Positions 36,901 through 49,539 of a DNA stretch of 64,000 nt are shown in pieces. Each line of letters opens with the position of its first letter. Position 1 is the first letter of the stretch. Both the position numbers and the translations under genes were made by a program. Under the pieces are notes generated by a model that was not told where the DNA came from, made no database searches, and saw only the letters and a list, made by a program, of their open reading frames with translations. Location: NCBI GenBank assembly GCA_043228905.1, contig JBHGNT010000020.1, forward strand, positions 7,192,001 through 7,256,000, written 5' to 3'. The stretch is from Azolla caroliniana. Taxonomy: Eukaryota; Plantae; Polypodiophyta.

Positions 36901-37899
36901 TTAGGGTTCATCCGGTAGCACTGTTGCGCAACCGACTTGGCATCCTTACTCAGATGTATTTGGTATTGATACAACTGAGGATCTAGCCCCCACATGTCCT
37001 CGTAAGACCACGCGAACACATCTCGGAACTACTTTAATAAGGTGATCATTGCCTTCTTCCTTTCTAGAGTCATTTCTTTGGCGATGTGAACTGGTCTCGT
37101 GTCTTCTACAGTGCCTAGGTTTACCTCTGCCAGCTGAGAGGCTTTTACGCGTTGAGATACTGCCAATTCCTTCCCTAAAGCTTCCTGCGCTTGCCGTAAC
37201 TCTCTGATGGCTTCTTTATCCGGTTCTTCATTTGCATCCTCCGATTGCATTATATATGGTGCCATTGCTTCGGCGATATCAATTTCAAATAAGGGTACAA
37301 CTTTCGGATTCTCTTGTAGGTATTGATCGACCTCTTCATTAGCCAATCCTTCAAGCATGTTGACACATTTCGCATACAACGGTGTCAACTCCTTGCCAGT
37401 ACTCGAACTTGGTTTTATAGGTAATCGTACTTTCGTTTTGCCGCGTTGGAAAGTAATTATGTTTTTCCACCAATTTTTCTTGATGTGTGTTGTTTTTAGA
37501 CATGGGCGGCCCAACAACAGTGGTTATGCCCCTTGTGCATTGAGCTGGAGGACTACTGCCGAAATGCGGAATGCATGACCTCCGATAGTCACTTCCAAAT
37601 CTCGTATCAATCCAGTAGGTCTTACCGAACTTGTGTCCGCCATCTTGGATCCCTAGGGTATGACAAGTTCGAAGACTAATCATGTTCACGCCGGATCCTC
37701 CGTCTATAATTGTTTCGGGTAGCTCTTGTCCCTTGACGATGGTTGTGATAGCCGGACTGCTCGTGTCCACTACCGCCGGTCCTTCCTTCGGATTAGAAAA
37801 GATCGCCAGAGCTGGTGGCGTGTCGACCGCAGTCATTCTCGTCTTCAGTCCTTCCGTAAATCGAGGTAGTAACTGCAATAGCCGACCTAAGGTCAGCGT

Positions 37900-38544
37900 T
37901 GTCGCGAAGATTCGCGCGTGCGTGTACTACTCGAGTGACCACCGGGGTCTTGGACTGGGGAGGACATTCGTGGAATTATCGAAGAGATGACGATCAATGT
38001 AAGATTGGATGAAATTTGTTCGCTTGAGAAGAAGAAAGATTGTACACTTGAGAAGTAGAAAAATATGAAGAAGATAAAGATGAATATAATTAAATTGATG
38101 ATAGTTGTGTTGGTGATATGACATATTGAACCCCCCTTACACAAGCCCAACTAGAGGCTTTTATAGGTCTTTCCATCCTTGTGACATGCACAAAACCATG
38201 GGCTAAAACCATGGTTTTGTGCACACAGTTTTTGCTTATGTCATGCACAAACCATGTGTTTAGAGCCATGGTTTTGTGGACATGTTTTTCTATGGTTGTT
38301 TCATCTATAATTCGTATATGAAAAGGAAATACATAAAATTTATATTATATGATAGATGTTCTAGTGGTAAGGCAATTATCTTGTATTTTAGAGGTGCAAG
38401 GTTCAAACCTTGCTTTTACCCCTCTGTATGAACTTAAGTGCCACTAGGCCTTAGGCTTATTTGCTAAGTGTATGTGCAATGTTGCACATCCTTGGTTTAT
38501 TCGTCTCACTCAGTTTCACACCGTAGCCGAAAATCGTCATGACA
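37900..38544 (-). mobile_element. Solo LTR related to family A, inserted in D
   Basis: TG...CA ends resembling A LTR termini (tgtcatgacgattttcggc on minus strand); 4-bp TSD GCGT/ACGT. Confidence 0.85.
38355..38414 (+). promoter_or_regulatory. tRNA-like A/B-box module in solo LTR (antisense to LTR)
   Basis: TGTTCTAGTGGTAAGG ... GCAAGGTTCAAACCTTGC (T-arm hairpin). Confidence 0.62.
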
Positions 38545-40914
38545 ACGTGATTTGGCATTCTTGCAACACCTACCATGTTGGGTTTTCCGCTTGGTTAATG
38601 CCGGTGGGCTCCTATGGATTCCCCTTTTGTTGCTCCAATTCTACCAGATTCCGCTCATTTGCCTTCTTTACCTATTCGGTGGCATGCTTCCGGATGGCTT
38701 CTTGGGTTTCCCACTCCGTTGCTTTTCTGTTTGACCTCGTAGTTACTTGTTGTATGTTCACGACTTCCGCTACCACCACGTTTACCGCTGGTCGCTTATC
38801 GTAGTTTTTCGTCAGACATTGGTTATTATAGTGTCCCTCTTGTCAGCAATAGTAGCAGTAAACCTTCTAGGTGTTGCTGGATTCTGCTTTCGCTCCGGCA
38901 CCCGGTTGAGGTCCTGTTGTAAGTGCTTGGCCTTGGTCCGGTTGGGTGCTTGGTGTACCCTTTTCCGGCTCTCGTTGGTGATCCCCTTTTTAATCGAAAT
39001 GCCGTTTTTTGTTGAAATGTTTTTTGTTCCGGTAAGCCTATTGCGGCCGGTCGTCATACTTGCCATAGTCCTCCCTTCGTGGGTTGTAATCGGGGGAGTG
39101 ATCCCGGTTGTATCGCTCATTCCGTTCCCCATTATAGTCCCGATATCTATCATATCTATCATACCGGTCGTGGTCATAAGCATCTCTTCGCTCACTATAC
39201 CGGATATCTTATGCCGATCGGTAACACTCCTCTCGCCGCCAGCGCTCTTCTTCCTCCTCCTCGTTGCTCCGTGGTTCGATTTGCCAGACCGGTAGCGCTT
39301 GCCGATTCAACAAGTTATACTCGCACCGATCCATTGTGTGGTTTCTGGAATGGCAAAGTAGGCATTGAGAACACATGGTGCACTCCAGCGCCGAGTGTCT
39401 GGGATACAAGCAAGTCGTAGATTGAATTGCTTATCGAAATCAGAGGTCTTCATCGGTTGGTAACGTTCGTTGGAGTGCCCCCATTGTCAACCACGAGCTG
39501 GAGTTTTCCATTTCCCTGACTCGGTCTATGACCTGGTCGACGAAACTCGTGCAGAAATCAATGACGGTGCACACCGTTTGTAGGGGTTCCTGGAGTGCTG
39601 CTAGGAATATCGCCTTAGTCTCTTCCTCCGGTGGTGCCCGACTGAGTTGGTTGTGCATTCTCTAGAATCGGATTACAAATTGTTGAATGTTCTCCGTGGG
39701 CTCCTGCCGAATGGTATAAAATAGGCTGACCATTTCCCGTTGATCCACCTCTTTGTGAAAAAAGTGTAAGAATTTAGTTTTCAATGCCTCAAACGTCATG
39801 ATGGTGTTGGGATCTTGCGTCAGGCGCCATCTCGCGGCGGAGCCTTCCAAGGTCATGCCGAAATCCGCCATCTTTGAGCGTTCGGCTTCGGCCGCGGTTA
39901 AGCGTTGTGACACATGATTCGCTTCCCAGGTCTGCTGAAATGCATAGACATGGGCCTCTACATCCAGATCATCCCGGTACTTGGGATATTGAAACGGCAT
40001 GTCATCGTCCGGTGTTGGAACGCGGGTTGGTGGTGTCAGAGGTCTTTCCTCCTCCGTCAGAGGTCTCTCCTCCTCCTCTGTGGGAGTTCTTTCTTCCTCT
40101 CTGGGAGGTCTTTCCTCCTCTCCTTTGGGTGTCGGGGTTTGCTCAAACCTTGGCCAGTCTGTGGCTTCCAGCTTTGTCAATTCGGGTTCCGGTGTTGGTA
40201 AGGTATTCAATTCCTCGTTCGTCGGTCCGTCTAGGTTGTTGTGACTACTGCGGTTATTGGAATGAGCACTATATTTGTCGTCCGAGTCCGATTCAAAAGC
40301 CGAAAACGGTTCTGAATCGCCTTCTCCTACAGTTAATGCCTGCAGAAGGGATTCTGCTTCCCGAAGACTACTTAAGCTGCTTCCTTCGTCGGGGTGGAAA
40401 TATTGTTGCAAACATAGTGACTTGACCACTCGCCAGATCTCTTTGGAAAATGATTGAACCGCACGAATCTCCTCCACCGCCTGCTGGAACGCCTCTCGCT
40501 TCTGCAGCCACTCAGCAAGTCTCCTTGCTCGATCCGTAACTAATTTAGCACAAATATAACACTGCGAAAGGCTATGACTAGAACTTTGTTAGTGGTGAGT
40601 TATACTAGAACCAAAATAGATAGATTCATACACATTAAGAATCATGCGGTGTCAATTTAAACATACTCAGTATGCATTACAGTTCTCGTATTGTGTTCTT
40701 TATGTTCGATCTCTTCACTCGGCTGAGTTTTGATTTTTTCTGTTGTCCTTGGAAAATCTTATTTATCGTTGATCGATACAATGTAAGGATTTCAATATTA
40801 AACCATGAATTCCTCACATACTTATTATTTATAATTTCCTTATTGTCCTCGGAGAATAATATTTCAAATATTTTGGTAAACTATTTCCAATCTTATATCT
40901 TTCAAAATAATAAA

Positions 40915-40993
40915 TGACAATTATGGGACTTTAACCCATGCCTTCCAAATTGTAACCAAAATCCAATGCCTTAAACCACTCGGCCAAATGGTC
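40915..40993 (-). pseudogene. tRNA-Leu-like copy, degenerate
   Basis: Consensus match; same subtype as 27577. Confidence 0.65.
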
Positions 40994-41960
40994 CCGTTGT
41001 TGAAAAATGGAACACCAAACATCATGAATTCACTATATTCAACGTTTACTATGGGGCATGTATTGTCTTTGTCATCTTCGATCTCTTCTATCTAATTTAG
41101 CACAAACATAAGCCATGGAAAGCCTATCACTAGAAGTTTGTTGCTGGTAAGATATAATAGAACCAAAATAGATAGATTGATACACATGAAGAAAGTGATT
41201 GAGGAGAAGCGTAGGAGAAGAAGAAGAGAATTTGGTTGTGTTGTTGCGCTCTCTATTACCATGGGAATTTTCCACAAATATAAGCCTAGGAAAACAAACC
41301 GATCAAGCCTCTGAATTGTCAAATTTACCAAATTTAGTTTGCAAATCGTTAACAAAAGCGACGATATAAATTTATAAACCAACTTGAGCAACTTCTTACT
41401 TGTGATATTTACCAAAATTAGTCTGGAAATCGATAACAAAAGCGATTGTTTAAATTTATAATTGTGTGAAAGTCAGATGCTTTTAGTTATACTTGCCTTG
41501 TCGTCATAGGAGATTGATACTACAATTATTATATCAAATTATTTCGAATCTTTGATCTATTAGAAATGTAATTTGGCACAAACATAAGGCTTCGAAAGCC
41601 CTTCAAGCACTTGAAACGAGCTTTGTTACGAGATATACAAAATTTAATTTGCTAATATCTAATAGAAGCAATGAGATTAATTAACAATCGTGTGTTGCCA
41701 ATCTAAACGTACTCAGTATGCATTACGGTTCTCGTATCATGTTCTTTATGTTCAATCTCTCCAATCGGCTGAGTTTTGGTTTTGCCTCTTGTTCTTGGAA
41801 AATCTTATTTATCGTACATCGATAAACTATAAAGATCTTAATATTAACTCATGAATTCCTCACATGTTTATTGTTTATAATTGCCTTGTTGTCCTAGGAG
41901 AATAATATTACAGTTATTATGGAAAACTATTTCCAATCTTCTATCTTTCGAAATAAGCAA

Positions 41961-42040
41961 TAACAACTATGGGATTTGAACCCATACCCTTCCGAATTGG
42001 AGCCTAAATCCAACGCGTTAGACCACTTGGCTAAATTGTC
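41961..42040 (-). pseudogene. tRNA-Leu(UAG)-like copy
   Basis: Anticodon arm intact, mismatches in A box and D arm. Confidence 0.7.
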
Positions 42041-42875
42041 CAGTTGTTGAATAATGGAATTGCAAATGTGATGAATTCAATATATTCAACGTTTATTACA
42101 AGGCATGTACTTTCTTTGTCATCTTCGATCTCTTCTATCTAATTTACTAGAAACATGAGGCTTGGAAAGCCTATCACAACAGGTTTGTTACTCGTCAGAT
42201 ATACTAGAACCAAAATAGATACATTTATAAGAATGAACAAAGTAACTAACAAGAGGGGTAGAAGAAGAAGAAGAGACTTTGGTTGTGTGGTTGCGCTCTC
42301 TATCAGCATGGGAATTTGCCACAAATATAAGCCTAGGAAAACCAACAAATAAAGCTTCTTACTTGTCATATTTACCAAATTTAGTTTGGAAATCGGTAAC
42401 AAAAGCGACGATAGAAATTTATAATTGTGCGATAATCAGATGTTTCTCAGTTGTAATGTGAAATTATTTCCAATCTTCCATCTATTAGAAACGTAATTTG
42501 GCACAAACATAAGGCTCTGAAAGCCCTTGAAGGAGTTGATAGGAGCTTCGTTACGAGATATACAAAATTTAATTTTGTAATATGTAATAGAAGTGATGAC
42601 ATTAATTAAGAATCATGCGTTGTCAATCTAAACATACTCAATATGCATTACGGTTCTCATATTGTGTTCTTTATGGTTGATATATTCAATCGGTTGAGTT
42701 TTGGTTTTGCCTCTTGTTCTTGGAAAATCTTATTTATCGTAGATCGATAGAATGTAATGATTACAATATTAAACTATGAATTCCTCACATGCTTATTGTT
42801 TATAATTGCCTTGTCGTCCTAGGAGAATAATTTTACAATTATTATTTCCAATCTTCTATCTTTCGAAATACGTAA

Positions 42876-42943
42876 TGACAACTATGGGATTTGAACCCAT
42901 GCCCTTGCGGATTGGAGCCTAAATGCAATGCCTTAGACCACTC
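42876..42943 (-). pseudogene. tRNA-Leu(UAG)-like copy, 5'-truncated
   Basis: 3' ~68 nt match the consensus. Confidence 0.65.
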
Positions 42944-43955
42944 TAAAAGCCCTTGAAGCACTAGAAACGATCTTCGTTACGAGATATACAAAATTTAATT
43001 TTCTAAAATGTAATAGAGACGATGAGATTAATTAAGAATCATGCGTTGTCAATTTAAACATACTCAGTATATTGTGAAATGCACATAAATGGAATCCAAA
43101 CCAGCTTGCTTAGCTTCTTACTTCCTATTTAATTTATAGTCGTATAAAGGTACCCATTTGGGTTGGCTTTACTTAGCTACATGCATCCTAACAAGGGTAT
43201 GGTGTAAAGGGGCACAAAGGAACACATGCACACTCAACTTGAAGGCATGCACTTGCATCCAATGAACACCACATTTCCCCCCTGAGAGAAACAAGGAGTT
43301 TTACGACATGGTGAAAGGACGAGTGGTAGAAGATGGGCTTGGGGTAGCATAGGGCTTGATGCGGGCAACATGGGCGGAGGTGAAAGGACCATTGGAATCG
43401 CGTTGGAGCAAGTAAATCGTGGATGTGATTGCACGCTCCACGGTGAATGGGCTGATCCATCAGTGGATGACTGATTCATTGAGACCGCGCCGCCGGACCA
43501 GGAAGTAAACAAGAACTTTGGTTCCATCACCATAAGTCAAGGTAATTCGACCCACGTCGTAGTGTAGCTTTTGGCGTTGTTGTGCGACTTGTAGGTTGCG
43601 AGAGCTTGCTTGTCGAAAGAGAGGTAGCAATTGTTGGAGATAAAGCCCCCAAGTGGCACCATCCATGTTGGTAGGTTTGGAATGGACGTCAATGGATGAT
43701 TCTGGTGGGAGCCGAGGGTCACACCCATAGAGTGCTCGAAAAGGGATGATCCGTGTTGACGCCTGAACAGATGTATTGTAGGCGTGGGTGACGAAAGGCA
43801 AGATTTGATCCCAGGTTTTGTGGCATGGATCGATGTAAGCGGCAATCTCCTCCTTGAGGGTCTTGTTGAGGCGTTCGGTGAGGCCATTTGTTTGCGGATG
43901 GTACGGGGATGTAAACACCTTTTGGACACCTAGTTGAGTTGCAACTGTCATGATA

Positions 43956-44015
43956 TGGCAAGATTCGAACCCATGACCTTATGTTATATGGGTCAAGCTC
44001 TTGACCATTATAACA
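43956..44015 (-). promoter_or_regulatory. tRNA-like A/B-box module at the U3 start of the F LTR (antisense)
   Basis: Minus strand TG(G/T)TATAATGGTC ... GGGTTCGA(A/G)TC; second copy ~51804-51865. Confidence 0.6.
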
Positions 44016-44398
44016 TCTATTGTAATACGTATGATATTATTTTCATCATTTTAAGTTTTATTATAGGAAATTAATGTATATTCTAGATTTCTCTGGAACA
44101 TTGTAGAAGCTTCAGGATTACTCCTGAGAACACTATAAAAGAAGGCACTAGGCATTATGTTGAACCAATTTGGTTCAATGCCAGTCTTAAGCCTCTTAGC
44201 CATTTTGTACTTATCCTTCTCATAATATATTAGTTGTTATCACCATCTCTCTCTCTCTCTCATCCTCGTTATCTCTCTTTTCTCTTCTCTCTCTCCCTCC
44301 CTCTCTCGGGAGTCTTACGTAGTCCCGTCCTCTTAGTACTAATAGTCGTTCTCTTCTTTAGTACTAATTCCCTCTCTGCTTTAGTACTATTCCTGATA

Positions 44399-44413
44399 GT
44401 TTGAACCAATTTT
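44399..44413 (+). promoter_or_regulatory. Self-priming PBS of F
   Basis: ttgaaccaa after the LTR is complementary to ttggttcaa ~35 nt downstream of the TATA; no TGG tRNA-type PBS. Confidence 0.7.
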
Positions 44414-44468
44414 CTTCCTCCAGCCTACTTGTCGTTCTCCCTCATCGTCCTACCCTTTTCCCTATACT

Positions 44469-45626
44469 ATGGCTACTGTTAGCGCCCACGAATATCAATC
44501 CGTTTTCTCCGAGCTACAGTGCCTAAAAGAAAAATGTGTTGCCTTGGAACAAGAAAACCAATGGCTGATAGGGGATCTGCAACAAATCGCTCTAGAAAAA
44601 CAACAAACGCAGCAACAACATGGGGAGTTAGCATTACGGGTACAACAACTCAAAGCAACATTGCAACAACAAGGATCAAGTCCCCAAGGATTTCATAAAA
44701 AGCCGAAGATTGGACTTCCTGTGAAATTTGATGGAACGCGATCGCAATTCAGGGGATTCCTTAATCAGGTACGATTAGTTATCCAAATGCATCCTTCTCG
44801 ATACCCCATTGATGCATCCCAAGTCAGGCTAATAGGCACGTTGCTTAGCGGCTCAGCCTTAGCATGGTTCGTTCCGCTTCTAGAAAAACAATCACCCTTG
44901 CTTAATAACTTTCAAGATTTTATTAGTGAGTTCAAAGCCTGCTTTGGAGACACCGATAGCATCAGAACGACGATCAACAAGATCTGACGATTGTGTCAAG
45001 GCGATCGTCTAGCCTCTGCCTACGCGGCGGATTTCCATCTACTCGCCTCCGATATTCCCTGGGATGATCAGGCAGTAATGGAGCAGTTTCGCTATGGCCT
45101 GCGAAACGATGTAAAAGATTTACTTTTAACCTTCCCCGAAGAACCAAAATCTCTTACGAAGTCAATTAGTCGAGTGGTCCAATGTGACAACCGCCTTTTC
45201 GAACGGCGTTCCGAACTTCAATTACAAATACCACACTCTAGGCCGGAGCCCACATATGCCTCAGTCACGGCTAAAGCATTCGCACGCAACGTACCCCAAG
45301 CAAATACTCCGACACGGATGGAGATTGACACCATGCGTCGACGTGGCCCGTTATCAAAAGAAGAAACGCAACGACGTCGTGCAAATCGATTATGTCTGTA
45401 TTGCAGTGGACCAAGGCATATCACAATCAATTGTCCCCATAGGCCAAGAAGACAGGTAAATCAAATCGTAGCCTGTACTAAACCCGAGTCAATTTTTCCC
45501 TTAGGAGTGTCTGATAGTATTAATAGTACTAATAGAGTGTCTGATAGTATTAATAGTACTAATAGCCCAAGTATCTCAAACAAATTTGAAATCCTTAGTC
45601 AATTAGATGAAGAGTTAAACGATTGA
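44469..45626 (+). pseudogene. gag: F gag (one in-frame stop)
   Basis: PVKFDGTRSQFRGFL; CLYCSGPRHITINCP zinc knuckle. Confidence 0.9.
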
Positions 45627-46914
45627 GTCCAGCCAAAATAGGAGTTGTTTGGTTGGACAGCCCTAGATTTGTACAACCCATTAGTGGTTCCATTCCCTCC
45701 AAGCAAGTTAGCAATGTGTTCCTAGCCCAAGTCATGATTAGTACTAAAATTACTCCCCCAGTACAAGTCCTAGCACTTTTAGATTCCAGAGCCAATTCCT
45801 ATTTCATGGATCGAAATTTTGCTCAAGCTTCTCAGATATCCTTAAGAAAACTTCCTTGCCCCGTAGTTGTAGTAGTCATTGATGGTCGTCCCATTGCTTA
45901 CGGGAATATTGTAGAGGAGTCAAAACCCATTCAAGTTGTCCTAGGTAGTTTTGTGTGTGTAATATCATTTAATATAATTAGTAGTCCACAGCATTCCATT
46001 GTCCTGGGATTACCTTGGTTTGAACTACATAATCCAGACATAAATTGGAGAACAAGAGAAGTCCGATATTGATAACCCCAAGAATCTACTCATCAAGTTT
46101 CGACCATTTCATTACGTCAACTATGCGAAGAAGGACACAAGGAGGCAATGTTCCTATTTGCCATATCAATACATCCTTCTAGCAATATTAAGGAGGAATC
46201 CTTAGTGCAACTTCCGGTGAAATATCATCCTTATGCCGACATATTTGACAAGGTAAAAGCTGGTACTTTTCCTCATCATTGTCCCATCGATTTACAACCA
46301 GGAGGAGAGCCACCATGGGGACCAATCTACAACTTGTCACCCACCGAGTTAGAAGTCCTTCGAGCCTACATAGAGGAGAACTTGGCAAGCGGGTTTATTC
46401 GTCATTCGAAATCTCCGGCCGGAGCACCCATCTTTGTCAAGAAGAAAGATGGCTCACTTCGTCTTGTCGTTGATTACCGCGGCTTAAATAAGGTCACCAT
46501 CCAGAATAGGTATGCACTTCCTCTTATATCAAGTCTTTTAGAGCGAGTTAATGGTGCCAAGTTTTTTACAAAAATCGATCTACGAGGAGCCTATAACCTC
46601 ATGCAGATCCGACCAGGAGATGAATGGAAGACCGCCTTTTGCACGCGGTATGGTGATTTCGAATATACTGTTATGCCGTTCGGTCTAACCAATGCACCTG
46701 CAGTCTTCCAACACATGGCAAATGATATATTCAGAGACCTCTTGGATATCTGTTTGATCATCTATCTGAATGATCTATTGATTTATTCAAAGATCCAGGA
46801 GGAGCACGATTCTCATGTACTATTAGTACTAGACCGACTCTGTAAGAATGGTCTTTATGCCAAGCTAGAAAAATGTAGCTTCGACTGCAAGCAAGTGGAA
46901 TTTCTAGGCTACGT

Positions 46915-49539
46915 TGTCGTGCCTTTCGGCTCCGGATCGTTGCGTGAGTCGGGTGGGAACCACTGAGGTTTTGGACTAGGAGAAAGAAGAATATGAGATA
47001 AGGCTCCTTATGAATGGATTGCAAGAAAGAGAAATATTTGAAGGAAGATATGAAACTCGTGAATCCCACGAGTATAGTGTATTAATTGATACTTAAAATA
47101 TAAGAGAGAAATATATGGAAAAAATCGTGAATCCCACGAATATATTAGATTGATCAAAATCCCTGTAAAATAATCAACAACCCCCCGTACATCTTTCTCT
47201 CCTCCTTATATACGGATGGAAGAGGCTAAGCATAGCTTCATGCTTTTTCTAAAGTGTTCATGCACACTAAATGTGCATGAGTTGCCTTTTTACACTATGC
47301 TTTTATTTCCTAAATATAGTGCTCATGCTCGCTAGATGTGCACGAGTCATTTTTTATTGGGGTACATTTTTCTTATAAATAAAGTATTCATGCATTCTAA
47401 AAAATGCATGACTTACCTTTTAATAAAGGTAGGCGTAAATAAAGGTCTTATATGTATTAAATCTATATTTAGAACACTTGGGATAAGTTAGTACAATGGT
47501 AATGTTGGGGTTTGTCTACGTGGAGGTACAGGGTTTGAATCCTGCCTCATGTAATTGACATAGGGCATATACGCTATTCTTATCGACGGGGCACTCCCTT
47601 TCCGTAGCTTCCCGAATGCCTTCCACAGTGCTTCGGAACTCGTTAGAGTCGGTTTTCTCGGTGTTTTCTAGCACTTTCGGCCAAAAAGACACCTTTGCTC
47701 CCGATGACTCCCCAACACGTATTCCCGCGGTTGTCGCGTAATTGCTATTCACCACTATTTCCTCCTCTAGGACCTTCTTCATGCTGCCTTTTCGGAAGTT
47801 CGGTCGGAGCGGCTTCCGAGAGTCCATCGAATGAATCTGATTTCCCTCGTAGTAGATAAGATCCCGTCGTAGCGCTTCCTTGTGCTTGTAGCAATCCCTC
47901 CGATCATGTTCAGTGCTATCGCACCATATGGACCGACGGTCCATATACTTGGAACTTGTGGGACGGTCATCCGACTTCTTCACCATCACGATTTTTAGAT
48001 TCTCCATCTCCTTCAGCAACTACTCCACCGTAGTTGCGTCGATTCCCTTCTCGGTCGTAGCTTCCTGAACCCGCGGTTGATGGTCTTCTGATCCGGATCT
48101 CGGTTTCGGAATCGGTTCCAAAACCCTCTTTTCTTCGTTGGCAAGCCATTGCCCTCTCTTTGTGTATCGCACGATGATATCCCGCACGCTTTCCCATGTT
48201 TTGGTGAGGCCAGTCTCGGTAGTCGTGTCCTCTAGAAGCACTCCAAGATCCTTCTGGTCCCGGATGTCTACGGCTCGTAAGAACATGATAACTTTGTCCG
48301 GTGCGAGGATAGCTTGATCTCTCGCAGACAACCTCCCGAACCGACTTTCGAATGCCGAAAACACATCGAGGACCTTCATCCCCTTGTCCGGCGTTTCTAC
48401 CCAATCCTCGAATCCTCTCTGCGTTGCCTTGGAGGAGTCCTCGATAGCGAACGTGGTCTTTAGCGCCTCTTCAAACGCTTCCCACATCAGATTTTGTTGT
48501 CGTAGCCCGTGGATACTTGCTAGAAGCCCGTTGGTAGCCACCCGGTTGAAGGATGCCACTTGCAGTCCTTCCGAAATCCCGCACCGCAGCATTTCCGCCT
48601 TTTAGTCCCGAAGATAGCGTGATACGTCCTTTCCGTTGAGTTGTCCGATCCGTTGCACGAGCCGCTCTACTGCCGCCGCTATCTCCGACATCGCACGTTG
48701 TTCCTGAAGCATTTGCTCGAACATCATCATCATGTTGTTAGCCTCCGGTTGATTTTCCATCTCCTTGCCACTCGTTTTCACGTCGGGTTCACCACTTGTG
48801 TCGTGCCTTTCGGCTCCGGATCGTTGCGTGAGTCGGGTGGAAACCACTGAGGTTTTGGACTAGGAGAAAGAAGAATATGAGATAAGGCTCCTTATGAATG
48901 GATTGCAAGAAAGAGAAATATTTGAAGGAAGATATGAAACTTGTGAATCCCACGAGTATAGTGTATTAATTGATACTTAGAATGTAAGAGAGAAATATAT
49001 GGAAAAAATCGTGAATCCCACGAATATATTAGATTGATCAAAATCCTTGTAAAATAATCAACAACCCCCCATACATCTTTCTCTCCTCCTTATATACGGA
49101 TGGAAGAGGCTAAGAATAGCTTCATGTTTTTTCTAAAGTGTTCACTCACACTAAATGTGCATCAGTTGCCTTTTTACACTATGCTTTTATTTCCTAAATA
49201 TAGTACTCATGCTCGCTAGATGTGCACGAGTCATTTTTTATTGGTGTACATTTTTCTTATAAATAAAGTATTCACGCATTCTAAAAAATGCATGACTTAC
49301 GTTTTAATAAAGGTAGGCCTAAATAAAGGTCTTATACGTATTAAATCTATATTTGGAACACTTAGGATAAGTTAGTACAATGGTAAGGTTGAGGTTTGTC
49401 TATGTGTAGGTATAGGGTTTGAATCTTGCCCTATGCACGTAATACATATTTTAAATATTTTATTTTATTTATTATACGTACTTTAAATCGGATATAGTAT
49501 TTTACATATTTCACGTAGTGTGTGGTTCACACTACGACA
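46915..49539 (-). mobile_element. Gypsy E, internal-deletion derivative related to A (gag only)
   Basis: 5' LTR 48799-49539, truncated 3' LTR 46915-~47551, tRNA-Trp PBS 48778-48794, TSD ACGT inside the F RT, gag 47552-~48760 homologous to A gag. Confidence 0.92.
47487..47546 (+). promoter_or_regulatory. tRNA-like A/B-box module in E LTR (antisense)
   Basis: TAGTACAATGGTAA ... CAGGGTTTGAATCCTG; second copy ~49372-49430. Confidence 0.62.

Larger units (their letters stand above)
30500..40540 (-). mobile_element. Ty3/Gypsy element D (non-chromovirus) with extra 3' ORF, 5'-truncated
   Basis: 3' LTR 30500-30949 (TGTTAG...GTAACA on minus strand, CTATAAAAAG and AATAAA); gag-PR-RT-RH-INT on minus strand. 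Confidence 0.88.
34183..40540 (-). pseudogene. Element D gag-pol
   Basis: IIDGGSGVN (PR), SFLDGFNGYNQI (RT), VDASD and YYASRKLS (RH), WGLDFVGP and TPYYPQANG (INT). Confidence 0.92.
40541..43072. repeat. tRNA-Leu satellite block 3
   Basis: ~2.6 units; tRNA copies at 40915, 41961 and 42876. Confidence 0.92.

Noticed and set aside
20736-43072. Endogenous giant-virus or organellar origin of the tRNA array
   Set aside because: No viral or organellar genes nearby, and the tRNA is of plant cytosolic type without encoded CCA.
45506-45565. 30-bp tandem duplication in F gag
   Set aside because: Simple in-frame slippage duplication with no sign of function.
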